From: Macrostomum hystrix
Lineage: Eukaryota; Animalia; Platyhelminthes
NCBI GenBank assembly: GCA_950097015.1
Contig: CATNEN010000024.1
Coordinates: 4,340,001-4,404,000, forward strand
Length of the DNA stretch: 64,000 bases
Reading direction: 5' to 3'
The translations under genes and the position numbers were made by a program. Each line of letters starts with the position of its first letter. Position 1 is the first letter of the stretch. Shown here piece by piece: positions 1-10,956 of this stretch. The notes under the pieces were generated by a model that did no database searches, was not told the origin of the DNA, and was given only the letters and a program-made list of their open reading frames with translations.

Positions 1-1096
1 TTCGAGAAAGCTTCTCAAGGTAGTCCAGGTGTCTTGCCATAAGGCGAGAGAGGTCCAGTAGCCGTTCATCCTTCATGCAAGACAGCTGCTTCAGCACGTG
101 ATTAATAGAATGGCGCTCATAATTTGGCTCTTTAACATTGATTTCGTTGTTGATGTTTCCTTTGTTTAATTTCTCTATCATTTTTTACAGACCGACGGAA
201 AACAATATAATTAACCTGTGTGTAAAGATATCCGCGAGTCCTGTGTGTCTGTGTTATGACGGAACAAAAATGGGTGACTGCTCTTATCTCTCACTCTGTC
301 CAGCAGCACGCTAAAATAATCAATATTTTTGGGGGTAGGCCTAGCCCAGTCCATTTGCGTCATTAAACACAGTAATCAGTTTAGATAAGGCGTATTAGTG
401 CAAGTGCAGTGGAAATTTCCATAATCGAGAGCGCTAAATGTACAAGTGCGCTGAAATTCTATCGATCCGCCATCACCCTTCCGCTGCGCTCAAACAACAG
501 ATGTAACTTTGACGTTAATGCCGACAGTTCAATCCACCCACCAACCACAAAATTCCTGCCCCACTGACCAATCGGATTTCGCCACTTCAAACTAAAGAAG
601 CGACCACCCCTACTCGCGATTCAAAAAGTGATGCTAAGATGCCTAAAGTAGCTGGATGGGCCATAGACTACGAGTATCTTTGACTGAGAATAATAAAATT
701 GGTTCAGTTCATCCACTCGATTAACTTTAAGAACCCCTGCTCCTGATTATAATATAGTATTTTCATTTTTAGTATATGAGATAGATTCTACTCTATATAT
801 TATCGACGAGCATAGTCTCTGTATATAGGGTATAGTGGGTTTACTCTGTGCCCCTACCTAGTGTGTCTAGTGCATCATAAATAAAGCTAGTAATCATGTG
901 ATTTGAGATTTAGCAAGTTTCACAGATACTACATTAATGCATTTTATGTGCTTTATTTTATGAATAAACCTTTACAGCCCTTATAAAACAGCATTCAATA
1001 GGGAAAATTCCATTTCTACGATTGTACGAGTATTAAGGTGGTCTAAGTTGCTTTTGAATTTTTACTATCCAATCACAGGTAATAGAAATCCTCCAG

Positions 1097-4000
1097 TCGA
1101 AATTCGGCAACACCTACACGGAGAAAAACGTCCTGCTATCAGCTATTCACACTCACTCTGGGCCAGGCGGTTTCCATGGCTACACACTGTACGCGATTTC
1201 AACTCTGGGCTACATGGCCGACACGTTCGAGGCATTCTCAAACGGCATCGCCAGTGTAAGCATGTTTTCAGGCTTTCATTTGGATAGACTAGTGCTCCGT
1301 GCGTCCCCAGATCTCCATTTGTTGATGCACTTTTACTGTCAATACTCTCAGAGTTCAATGCTCTCAGAAAAAAATCAATCATCATCGCGCAGAGTATCGA
1401 GCAGGCCCACCTGTCCCTTCGGCCCACTCGTCTGTTCTACAACGAAGGCGAACTGACAAACAGCAGCGTTAGCCGCAGCCCCAGTTCCTACCTGTTAAAT
1501 CCGGCAGCTGAACGAGCCCACTACAATGGCGACGTTGACCGGACAATGCAGCTGGTGAAGCTGGTGGACAGCAGCACCGGGCAGCCGTTCGGTATGCTGA
1601 ACTGGTTCCCCGTGCACTGTACTAGCCTCAACAACACCAACCAGATGATCAGCGGCGACAACAAGGGCTGGGCAGCGCAGACTTTCGAACGCTACATGTC
1701 CAACGGAACCCAGCTGCCAGGTAAGCAGATAGTACTAATAATAATTGCAGGAGGGCTGTGGGCAATGGCACGTCATTTAATGACACTAGACGCGCAGCCA
1801 GCGAGGAGGCAATTCTGCCCATTTCGCTGACTCCTGAGCACACACGCACACTGATACTGTACGCAGGCATACGCTCACACAGGTGTGTACATCTGCCCTG
1901 ACTTTCTCATCGTCAGACAGTGTACACTCTCACTGTGCCTTGGATGTTGGCCCTCAAGGGCGTAAATTTCACAACAAGCCCCAAGCCTGCTCTTCGCGGC
2001 TGCGCCCCAAATGAATGTGGCCTCGCCGTGGAATCGAACTTAGGGACCTTGGTGCGAGAGGCAACGCGTTAACCGCTCTGCCACCGACCCACCCAGGCAA
2101 GCAGAAGTTTGTGGCTGCATTCTCCAACGCTAACGAAGGCGACGTCAGCCCAAACACGGCAGGGCCGCGATGCGTGGACACTGGAGAGCCGTGCGACATC
2201 ATCAGCAGCACCTGCGGCGGCCGGTCGCAGAAGTGCATCGCCTTCGGACCTGGACGAGACATGATTGACAGCGCCAGGATCATTGGGCTTCGGCAGTTTA
2301 ACAAGGCTTTGGCAAGTGGCCGCTATGGATATCGCTCGTATAGGGCCGAATCCACCCTCTAAGATCTTTCAGGCCTTGATTCATTTAGTTCGCGAAAGAA
2401 TTTAGGACCTTTTAGAGAAAAAAGCTGATAAAACTGGTCCAGGCATGCAATATCTACGATAATCTTGAGCGATCCTTCTATATTTTCCGGACAGCAAACA
2501 CCAGCTAAAAATAATGTTAGTGAGTCGAGCGTAAATCTACCGATCTAATTGGAGTTTGTAATGAGTTGTAATAAATTTGAACAAAAAACTGAGTTAAAAA
2601 TCAGTTTGTTGCCATTAGATTGAAGCATTTATACTAGTATTTATACTCATATTCCTCTAGTAACGTCTTAGAAGTCTTGACAATGAAATCATTCGAAACC
2701 AACGCTGCTGCCTATAGTTTGCGGAGCACAACTGCTAGCGTCGACCAGGTGAATTCAAACAACTCGGGCTGCTTGACCACGCGAGCTCGATGCTCTCGCC
2801 ATAGTTCGGCGCAGACGTTCGCTTTGTCAGCCACAGATCGCGATGCCTTGAGGCTTTCCAAGAACGAGGATTCCAAGGTGACGCGACAGGAGGCGGAGTA
2901 GTCCGCTGCGAACTTGCTCACGTCGCCATGGCGAAGGAAGTCTTCGTAGTAGGCTGAACGGTTCTGTGGAAGCTTCTCGACCCGCAGTAGCTCCAGACCC
3001 AGCGACTCGTACTGAGACGGCTCGCTCACCTCCTCCACCGACCTGAAGCATATTGGGACATTGAAGTCGATGAGCTCCTTTTGCTTGATGACGCCGCCTG
3101 CTAGCAGAGCCTCTGCAGCCTTATATATTTCGTCGAAAATGCTGCGAGACTTGCCCTGCGTTGATAGAAAATTTGCAGCCAGCACACCACCCTTGACGAG
3201 CTCCTTGGAGCGAGCCTCTAGGAAGCTCCTCCAGTCCTTGGCGGCCTGCTCTCTGAACGCTCGCTGCTCCTCGTCAGTGCCGAACATGGCGAAGCTGTGA
3301 TTAGCCAGCTTCACTGGCAGCATCGAGCACCAGTGCAGGCAGATGTTGGACATTCCGAGCTGCAGGCTGTTTGATGGTAACACCTGTGAGTGTGCGTCAT
3401 CACAAAATTGCGCGAATAATCAGTTTAAAAACCCAGACATTCCTAAGGTACGGCGTTACTGGTAAAAAGTTATCATGTGTCATGTGCAAAGAACTCATAG
3501 AATGAGTTGAGTCACTTTTGCTACACGATTGTGAAAACTTTCCTCACACCTTCGGCACTGACAAAAACAGTGGCAGCAGCGTCCTTATAGTTGAGTCTAT
3601 GGCAGTGTCAGTGCCCTACATCGGTGACAGTCCATGTTCACAGATTGGAAGGCCGCTAGCGACCACCCACCTGTTCGTAGAAGCTCATCCCTGAGGTGAC
3701 TGCGAACACTTCCGGGAGCTGGCGCAGGAACGATCGCTCATCTCCGTGCAGGAAGTTGAACAGCTCACTCCAGTGGTTGCTGGGCAAGTCGTTGAGCACA
3801 ACAAGCACCGAGCCGCAGCTCTCGGTGCCGTACTTGGCGCGCACCTGTCGGACGAGGTGAGAGATCGCGTCCGAGCTGTTCAGGCCGGTGCTGCAGCCAA
3901 AGTCAGCGATCACGAATGAGCTCGCAGACTTGCTGAGGTCCGATGAGTGCGCGGCCACCGCTGCGTCTAAGAATGGCTGAAAGAGAAGCAGAGCTCGCGA

Positions 4001-7000
4001 TTGATTTCGCGACTGAGCATTGTAGTCTGACTGCATCTTCAGGGTAGTAGACGCCATTTTTGCGTCCTGCGCTGCTGCCGCAATCGTGGCTGTTGTTGAG
4101 CGTTTGTTACAACAATGAGTCTCAGGTTTGTCCCGCTGCAGTGCGGTGCGTGTATATTATTGAGCTGATATCACATAATGCGAGCATTCGAAGCGCTCTC
4201 CGCTCCACTACGCTCGTATCTTGAAGCCTGTGTTTAGCCCTTTCATTTTAGTGTTCATGAAAATGAATGAGTATGCACTCATGTACACTGCTCGGTATCT
4301 GGTTAGCTTGTGTGTGGCTGTGCATGTGTGTTGTGACCATGCAAAACTTTTCTTTAACCTTTCAATTAGCAGGTGTTTTGTTTTGACTTTGAGTGTTTCG
4401 TAGCAATCCAACTGCAATTTTTCATAATAATAATAATAATAATTATTATTATTTCTTTTTTATTATTATTATTGCAGGAGGGCTGCGGGCAATGGCACAT
4501 CATTTAGTGACACTAGATTCGCAGCCAGCGAGGAGGCAATTCTGCCCATTTCGCTGACTCCTGAGCAAACACGCACTCAGATACTGAACGCAGGTATACA
4601 CTCACACGGGTGTGTACATCTGCCCTGACTTTCTCATCATCAGGCAGTGTACATTTGACTGTGCCTTGGAGGTTGGCCCTCAAGGGCGTAAATTGCACGA
4701 CACGCGGCTGCGCCCCAAATGAATGTGGCCTCGCCGTGGAATCGAACCTAGGGACCTTGGTGTGAGAGGCAAACGCGATAACCGCTCTGCCACCGCCCCC
4801 CAATGTGTCATCAATAAAACGATTACTACTTAGGGAGAAGAAGAATAGAATCACACCAAACCCAATTGGCCGGATGTACAGCCAGTTGCGCAACCGCAGT
4901 CCACGGGCTGTCAATGTACAACTGTTCAGTCCATGGACTGGTGGCCACCAGTGGCTCGTACCAGTGGGTACGAGCTTCTACATATTTTGCAGCTCAGAAA
5001 ACTGAATGAATTGGTGATTAACTGTGCCTTGCCAAGGACACAATTTATTTTCCCTGGCCTGTGACCTTTGTCCATGACCTCGGTCAGACATCGGAAAGTC
5101 CTCCCTGTATGGAGCAATCTCTCCTAGCATTATTTATTGGGTTTAGGACTTTATACGAGATACTGGTCCGAGGATTTTTGCGGATGAGGATAACGTTGAC
5201 CTTGCACTGCACAATATTTAGTCTTTGTTCGAGTCCGCTAGCCTCGAGGTGCCGGTGGACAGAATCAGCTACGTTCACCAGAATGTGGACATGACCAACT
5301 ACCAGCTGACTGTGAACGGCCAGCAGGTGCGCACCTGCAAGCCAGCCATGGGATTCAGCTTCGCGGCCGGCACCACGGATGGTCCGGGTGGTTTTGACTT
5401 CACCCAGGGCGACACCAGCGGCAATATGTTCTGGAACATTGTGCGCAGCGTGCTCAGCAAGCCCAACGCTGAGCAGGTGGAGTGTCAGAAGCCCAAGCCC
5501 ATACTTCTCAACACTGGCTACGTGAGTTTGGGCATGAACCTAATTGTGCTAAACTTTGCACCACGCTGATTGCCCCTAGCTTGCAAAATTTGAACCCCCC
5601 GCCATCAGATGACCTTCCCAACCGAATGGCAGCCAAGCGTTGTTGAGACGCAAATCGTTCGCATTGGTCCTCTGGCCCTTGTGGCCCTACCTGGCGAGTT
5701 CACCACAATGTCTGGGCGACGAGTGCGCCAAGCCGTGCAGTCGGCTTTAGAACAGAGCGGCATGCGCGACGCAACTGTGATTCTGGTTGGCCTCTCAAAC
5801 CTTTACTCGAGCTACATTGCCACTTATGAGGAGTATCAGGTTAGTTATATTTTGGCATAAAGAGAAAAAGTAAAAAATAAACGCCATGATAAGATTTTGG
5901 TACTAGCATTGTTGGCTGATATGGCCTCAGGGCAGTTGTTCTTTGATTATTGACATCTCTATACAATGTACTTTGCCTGCCATCTGTACACTATATTACA
6001 TGCTAATATGAATAGGCACAACGCTACGAAGCGGCTTCGACCATCTATGGACCGCACACACTGTCCGCCTACGTGGACCAGTTCAGCAAGCTGGCCAAAG
6101 CGCTGGCCACTAACTCGTCCGTGGACCCTGGCCCGCCGGTGCCCAACCTCTACGCCAAGATCAAGGGATATTCGTTTGTTACGCCCATCGTGTACGACGC
6201 TGTTGGAATCGGACGCAGCTTCGGCGAAGTGGTGACCCAACCAAATGCCGTCTATCACCCGGTGAGTTTTATACCGCCTAACAGGTTATCTGATGATCTT
6301 GATACTCAAAGGTGAATACAGGTTTATGTCTCGTAAATTGTACCTGACAGAGAGGGTCATTGCCACTAGTCAGAACTTTTAGATAAAGAATGTTGCTTGG
6401 TGTCTGGTAAAAACGCTGCAACTATTATTGGTTTTCAACTTCTATTTCAAACTAAGTAACTTCAATTTCGCCCGCGGGGAGGGGGATGCTCGTGTGTACC
6501 CGATGAGTAACTTCAATTTCGCCCGCGGGGAGGGGGATGCTCGTGTGTACCCGATGAGTAACTTCAATTTCGCCCGCGGGGAGGGGGATGCTCGTGTGTA
6601 CCCGATGAGTAACTTCGATTTCGCCCGCGGGGAGGGGGATGCTCGTGTGTACCCGATGAGTAACTTCGATTTCGCCCGCGGGGAGGGGGATGCTCGTGTG
6701 TACCCGATGAGTAACTTCGATTTCGCCCGCGGGGAGGGGGATGCTCGTGTGTACCCGATGAGTAACTTCAATTTCGCCCGCGGGGAGGGGGATGCTCGTG
6801 TGTACCCGATAAGTAACTTCAATTTCGCCCGCGGGGAGGGGGATGCTCGTGTGTACCCGATAAGTAACTTCAATTTCGCCCGCGGGGAGGGGGATGCTCG
6901 TGTGTACCCGATGAGTAACTTCGATTTCGCCCGCGAGACCGCGGCCTGCCCAGGTTAGAGTAAATCAATTTCACAAAAAGTAAGCTTCTATTTCGTCTTG

Positions 7001-8749
7001 CATTTTTTTCATCCGGCTTTAAACATTAATATAGGCCATAATGGGCCTGTACTTTCAATATATATTTTTGACGCATCAGGCAAGACACCAAATTGGGAGA
7101 CAGACAACAAAAAGAGCTCTTATTGTCGCTCCAATAAGATTGGAGCTTCAAGAGCGGCTGGATGTGAAAGTGTCGGCGCTATCCGATTAGCTGATTTTTT
7201 TTTTTGATTCTGTGCTATAGTGTCATAAATTCAAAAGGCTCATAAATCACTCGACACTCGACAGAATCAAGATATTATAATTGCATTGCGGCGGAGTCGG
7301 TGGCGGCGTCGGCGTCGGCGTCGGCGAAGATCAAAGGCAAGGACAAAGTCCGTATTTCATAGAGCAGACGCAAACACAAATCGCTGTGCTGAAGAGACGA
7401 AATAGAAGTTACTTTTTGTGAAATTGATTTACTCTAACTGGGCAGGCCGGTCTCGCTGGCGAAATTGAAGTAACTAACGCCAGCCAGAGAGCCACCAGGC
7501 GGAGCGGTTAACGCCTTTGCCTCTCGCACCAAGGTTTCTGAGTTCGATTCCACGGCGAGGCCATATTAAATTGGGGCGCAGCCGCAGAGAGAAGGCTTGG
7601 GGGCTTGTCGTGCAATTTACGCCCTTGAGGGCCAACCTCCAAGGGACAGTGAGAGTGTACACTGCCTGACGATGAGAAAGCCAGGGCAGATGTACACACT
7701 TGTGTGAGCGTGTACCTGCGTACATTATCTGTGCGTTTGTGCTGCAGGTCTAGTATCAGCAAACGGTGTGTCATTGCCCGCAGCCCTCCTGCAAATAATT
7801 ATTATCAGTATTGAACAAGTCTTGTCACTCAACCGAGCGGGTCCGTTGTGTACATAAACACAATAAACTTCTCGAACCTCCGCAGGGGGACACAGTGTCC
7901 GCCAGCTTCAGGACTGGCCATCCGCGCAACAACATGATGCTTGGTGGCAGCTTCCTGATGGTGCAGCGCAAGACTTCCACAGGAGACTGGGAGGATGTTT
8001 GCAATGACGCCTGCGTGGAGACCAGGTGAGGGAGATATCAGACTTGAAGTTCTTGATGTCCGTCTGTGTTTTCATTTACTAATTTTTTTGTACATTTTCT
8101 TATTACGAGTATTTTGATAATTGATTACAACCTGCCCCAATAGGACCAGACGGGTACAGCCGCAGCTATTGCGTGGCGCATCTGCGTTACAGCTGTTCAG
8201 TCCGTGGACTGTGGGGACGCCACTCCCCAATCAACCCAACTAATGCTGGTACCCACTGAACAGCGGGGTGAACGGAAGTGATGCAGAGAGTTATGTGTCA
8301 TGCTAATTGTTCCAGTGGAGTCGGAAATCGAAACCTCGACCTTTAACACTCTAACCGCCAGGCTACAACCCCTGCTGGCGCTAGCGGAAAAAATTTTCTT
8401 AGCTTAATGCAAAATACGTTTTCCCTAAATCGCTCATTTCTACCACCTGAAATTCTGTATGCAAAATTGTTAATGCCGAGCACACCTGCCCCGCAGATTC
8501 CGCTGGGAGAGAACCAACGCCCTGCTGGGTTACAGCCTGGCCCACATGGCCTGGGACATTCCCAGTTGTGCCAGGCCGGGCAGCTACCGCCTGGTCCACA
8601 CCGGCTGGTTCAAACCGGTTCTGGTGTGGCAGAAGCCGCGCCAGTTCAGCGGCGCAACCAGCGAGTTTCGAGTCGAAAGTGGCGCAAAGCGACGCACCTG
8701 CAGCGATCGTGACGTCATCGATGAGCAGGTTGGCGCCGGGTGCCGTTAA
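1097..8749 (+). CDS. ASAH2: Neutral/alkaline non-lysosomal ceramidase (5'-partial; exons 1097-1255, 1393-1720, 2097-2311, 5222-5521, 5609-5839, 6016-6261, 7886-8025, 8497-8749)
   Basis: Spliced translation gives the family motifs SAIHTHSGPGG, SRSPSSYLLNP, NWFPVHCTSLNNTN, GDNKG, AAFSNANEGDVSPN, CKPAMGFSFAAGTTDGPG, PGEFTTMSGRR, YIATYEEYQAQRYEAASTIYGPHTL and GHPRNN. All seven joins keep frame. Donors are GT except one GC donor at 2312. Confidence 0.95.
1730..2092 (-). mobile_element. tRNA-derived SINE family 1, full-length copy filling ceramidase intron 1721-2096
   Basis: On the minus strand: A box TGGCAGAGCGG, B-box-like AAGTTCGATTCC, shared body and (ATT)n-like tail. Flanked by a 13-bp duplication at 1717-1729 and 2093-2105. 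Confidence 0.88.
2712..4057 (-). CDS. SABATH-family SAM-dependent carboxyl methyltransferase (Methyltransf_7-like), 352 aa, 2 exons (4057-3671, 3383-2712), nested antisense in a ceramidase intron
   Basis: Motifs IADFGCSTGLNS, NDLPSNHW, GMSFYEQVLPSNSL, SNICLHWCS and DWRSFLEARSKELVKGG match SABATH motifs (IADLGCSxGxN, NDLPxNDF, GSFY..LFP, SLHWLS, DFxxFLxxRxxELxxGG). Phase-0 intron CAG|GTGGGT...CTCACAG|GTG. ORF is intact. Confidence 0.88.
4425..4801 (-). mobile_element. SINE family 1 copy
   Basis: Near-identical to 1730-2092, with B box GGTTCGATTCC on the minus strand and a long (AAT/ATT)n tail at 4425-4473. Confidence 0.88.
4880..5060 (-). mobile_element. SINE family 2 (CORE-like) fragment
   Basis: Minus strand TTGTGTCCTTGGCAAGGCAC..., plus the family palindrome CAGTCCATGGACTG. 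Confidence 0.6.
6455..6935. repeat. 51-bp minisatellite, 9 units plus a partial
   Basis: Unit AGTAACTTCAATTTCGCCCGCGGGGAGGGGGATGCTCGTGTGTACCCGATG, starting at 6455, 6506 ... 6914. Confidence 0.97.
6455..7475. mobile_element. Non-autonomous DNA transposon-like element with about 85-bp TIRs (6914-6999 / 7393-7475) and a tandemly amplified left end
   Basis: 6914-6999 is the near-perfect reverse complement of 7393-7475 (AGT[A/T]ACTTC[A/G]ATTTCGCC..GCGAGACC..GGCCTGCCCAG.TTAGAGTAAATCAATTTCACAAAAAGTAA.CTTCTATTTCGTC). No coding capacity. Confidence 0.72.
7495..7806 (+). mobile_element. SINE family 1 copy (short internal deletion)
   Basis: GGCGGAGCGG...GAGTTCGATTCC head, shared body, TGCAAATAATTATTAT tail. 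Confidence 0.85.
8150..8372 (-). mobile_element. SINE family 2 copy
   Basis: Minus strand GTTGTAGCCTGGCGGTTAG...GTTTCGATTTCC head, CACCCCGCTGTTCAGTGGGTACC, CAGTCCACGGACTGAACAGC and CAATAGCTGCGGCTGT, homologous to 63515-63735. Confidence 0.75.
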
Positions 8750-9136
8750 GAAGCCCGATTTGAATCGGCGCCAAAGGATTGCAACAAGCATTATAACAAA
8801 AGTGTTTATTTAGACACTACAGACTTGAAGCTTGCTTGGATTAATAGCCTGTTTTTATAATGAAACAGCAGAAGCTGGGCAATTCTAAACATTTTAAACC
8901 CGCGCCTATATTTAAAGCTTGTTGGCTTTCCTCGCAACAAAAGTTTTTTCTGAACTGACAAGAATTTGCTTGCTTCAAAATAACTGTTTCCTAGCCACCA
9001 ACTTTGTGGAATTACAGCTTTCGAGTACATATTGACCTTCTAGATTACAGCACATTATTTACTCAGATGGAGCTATTTAAAACATTTTTGTAAACCATTT
9101 TGGGATGAGCCAGGAAAGAAATTACTATCGAAATAG

Positions 9137-9823
9137 TGTTGTGTCTTGGCCTAATGGCCGACGGAGGGAGATGGGGGTTGGGTCCACCTGCCCGAGACAC
9201 CCAGGTCCCAGACCAACCCTGCATACGCCTAACAGACCGGATTGGTTCAGCGAGAGTTCACTGAGCCAACCGCCCTGAGACTAGCGAGAGTTCACTCGTC
9301 TCAGGTCCCTAACGGAGCGAGAGTTCACTCAGTACGCCCCACCGGCCCGACGCGGTAATCCCCGGAATGAGGAAGACACGAGCTCACCTTGAACTTCTCC
9401 ACGCAAGCTGATCGGCTCTACTCGTTTATTGCCGGCACTTGAATAACAACTATGATTGGTAGATAGGCAATGCACAGACTTGCAGAAAGGCAGGTAGGAA
9501 GTCGCGCCGGACGGGGTTACAGATAGGGCGGGGCGACTACTTATAAAACTTACTGTACAGGGCAGAGAAGAGGGAGAGAGAGAAAAATGAGACACAAAGC
9601 CTGGGTCACTGGCGGCTTATCCGGCCGCCAGCCAATGCGAGTGGCCCAGGTGGGGGGAGGGGTAGAGAGAGGTGGGGCTAGCGCAACGCTGGGGCAAGGG
9701 CAGGTGGGCGCAGAGAAGAAAAAAGGGGGGCTAGGCCGTGGTTGAGGCGTAAGCCTCTTACAAACCCTGACCTAGGCTGGCACGGGTGTAGGAAGGGGTG
9801 GGGCAGACAAACACGGCACAACA
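9137..9823 (-). mobile_element. Solo LTR (687 bp) of an LTR retrotransposon
   Basis: Ends TGTTGTG...CACAACA (TG..CA, 7-bp terminal inverted repeat). ATAG target duplication at 9133-9136 and 9824-9827. On the minus strand TATAA (about 9545) precedes AATAAA (about 9428). No internal coding region. Confidence 0.8.
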
Positions 9824-9934
9824 ATAGTAATGACATCGTATTTGCGGGGGCAAATTAACTTGCAGACGAAAAGATGGTCAGGGATGACGTACCTGTGTGA
9901 GCACACCTGTGCTCTTATCCTGCGTTATTACTTT

Positions 9935-10105
9935 GAGAGGGTGAGTGGCAGAGCGGTCTGACGCGTTTCCCTCTCGCAACAAGGTCCTGAGCTCGATTCC
10001 GCTGCGAGGCCACATTCATTAGAGGAGGGAAGGTTTTGGAGGCTTTGTCGTACAATTCACGCCCTTGAATGCCGATCTCTAAGGCACAGTGAAAGTGCAC
10101 ACTTG
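9935..10105 (+). mobile_element. SINE family 1, 3'-truncated copy
   Basis: GTGAGTGGCAGAGCGG...GAGCTCGATTCC...CACGCCCTTGA...AAGGCACAGTGA. Confidence 0.8.
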
Positions 10106-10956
10106 GTAGAGTTTTTAGAATTACCACTCGCAGGCTGCAGATATCACCAAATGGTGATACAGGGCCCACAGCCGTCCTGCAAATATCATAGTCTCATCTT
10201 GCGTTATTACTCAGTACTCAAAAAAAGAAACGCAAGCCACATATGTGTATATATTTCCTTATTTAGGAACTTGAATCCGAATCACCAAAAATACGCTGTT
10301 TTTTAAGTAAAAAACATCCGGCAGTTTTAATCATGATCCTACGATTATTTATTAAGCAGGTTGAAAGCGGAAAGCTGAATTTACAAAAGGTTAAACGAAA
10401 ACAACAAACAGGTAAAATTCTAGCCTGCTAAATAAACAAAGCAATTATGAAATACGGTCAGTCGCATAGACCTAGCTCACTACTCACTCAGTAGTATAGT
10501 TCTTGAGAAAGTATAGAAAACAGATAAGAAAAGTAGGCTAAGAAATTAGTAGGCTAAAAATGGGCTATGGAAATTTCGTGGATTGTTATGAGAAAAGCAT
10601 GTCTGCCACTTAGAAATAAACTTCGAATGAACATTTGGAAGCATAAAAATGTACTGTACTAAATTCATTTATTGATTATTCATTTAAGACACATCTTTAT
10701 TAAACCTGTAATGGCTTGTATTACGCTAAATTACTTATAAATTAAGAAATTAAATATCCATTTAAATATTAAAGCTTTAAAAAATACAATTAGTAAAACA
10801 AAATATCGCTCATTGGAGATTCCAATTACACTAGTCACAATAGCCAGATTTCATAAACGATTAAATTTTTAACAAAAAAGTTTTGGCACTGAAGTTTTTA
10901 ATAATATTTTAGAGCATCGGCGTAAGTTTCAGGATGATAACAATGGCAACTTTGGT

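Noticed and set aside
3381-3674. ACAG|GTG duplicated at both ends of the methyltransferase intron (second TE-made intron?)
   Set aside because: Only 7 bp, mostly the generic CAG|GT consensus, and no recognisable TE inside the intron.
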